DNA from: Eubacteriales bacterium
GTDB lineage: Bacteria; Bacillota; Clostridia; Oscillospirales; UBA644
Length of the DNA stretch: 64,000 bases
Reading direction: 5' to 3'
Assembly: GCA_045542115.1 (NCBI GenBank)
Contig: JAZQKK010000019.1
Location: 133,362 to 197,361, forward strand
Each line of letters begins with the position of its first letter. Within the stretch, counting starts at the first letter, position 1. This document shows, one piece after another, positions 63,715 through 64,000 of this stretch. A model generated the notes under the pieces. That model worked only from the letters and a program-made list of their open reading frames with translations, was not told the origin of the DNA and searched no databases. Position numbers and translations under genes: made by a program.

Positions 63715-63755
63715 CAAAAAAGTCCTTTGCCTTATTTGGCGAAGGACTCTTTTTT
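63715..63755. terminator. bidirectional terminator
   Basis: A6 run, AGTCCTTTGCC-loop-GGCGAAGGACT, then CTTTTTTT. Confidence 0.7.
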
Positions 63756-63758
63756 TCC

Positions 63759-64000
63759 TTACAGGTTTTCCGCAAACGCCCGCACTTCATCGGGCAATGA
63801 TTCGGGGGTCACCACCCGAAGACAATCCACCGTTTGGGCAAAATAGCGACAAACGGGTTCCTGGGGTGCGCCGTCGGGGCACACCAACCAAATGCGGAGA
63901 TTTTCCCCCTTGGACAAGTGGCCGGTCAACAGCCGCAAATCTTCCGACAAAAAAGTGGGGTCCGTGGTCTCGTCGGTGGAAATCACGATTTGTATGGGGG
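63759..64000 (-). CDS. 3' end of an unidentified CDS running out of the window
   Basis: Open frame to the window edge, ending ...PESLPDEVRAFAENL. No motif recognised. Confidence 0.35.
   Translation of the reverse strand, partial: PIQIVISTDETTDPTFLSEDLRLLTGHLSKGENLRIWLVCPDGAPQEPVCRYFAQTVDCLRVVTPESLPDEVRAFAENL

Overview
64-kb chromosomal segment with the coding style of a moderately GC-rich Clostridia-type Firmicute: AGGAG-type RBSs, some GTG/TTG starts, ATGA-type overlaps, many TTGACA-17-TATAAT promoters and hairpin+U terminators. I support about 48 CDS. I found no rRNA, tRNA, CRISPR array, transposase, integrase or phage genes. Housekeeping blocks: comM (3' part), murE, metF-metH, a threonine-aldolase-like gene, ruvCAB, ychF, smpB, dnaD/dnaI-like loaders, and aconitase plus isocitrate dehydrogenase. 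There are two accessory blocks. (i) 18.8-45.1 kb is a glycan-utilisation island with three AraC regulators, one LacI, GH127, GH116 and GH36. It also holds four consecutive very large secreted proteins: a metallophosphoesterase-lectin protein, a CBM-only protein, an 1831-aa GH2, and a 1789-aa GLUG-like beta-helix plus metallophosphoesterase protein. All four end in the same unassigned ~130-140 aa C-terminal domain. (ii) 45.1-53.1 kb is a corrinoid-dependent methyl-transfer operon with four divergent URO-D/MtaA-family paralogs, a DUF2284 protein and a RACo-like reductive activator. Its corrinoid-binding protein is read in frame with an AraC regulator, with no stop codon between them. Other points worth a second look: an orphan ~240-nt structured RNA locus with a perfect consensus promoter and tandem terminators (53.25-53.53 kb); a DnaA-box cluster upstream of murE; a ThyX-fold protein lacking the RHR signature, next to a flavin-reductase-like gene and an ECF S-component; and a ~340-nt near-identical stretch shared by the 3' ends of two neighbouring surface-protein genes. 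All family calls come from motif and pattern recognition by eye; no database search was run.
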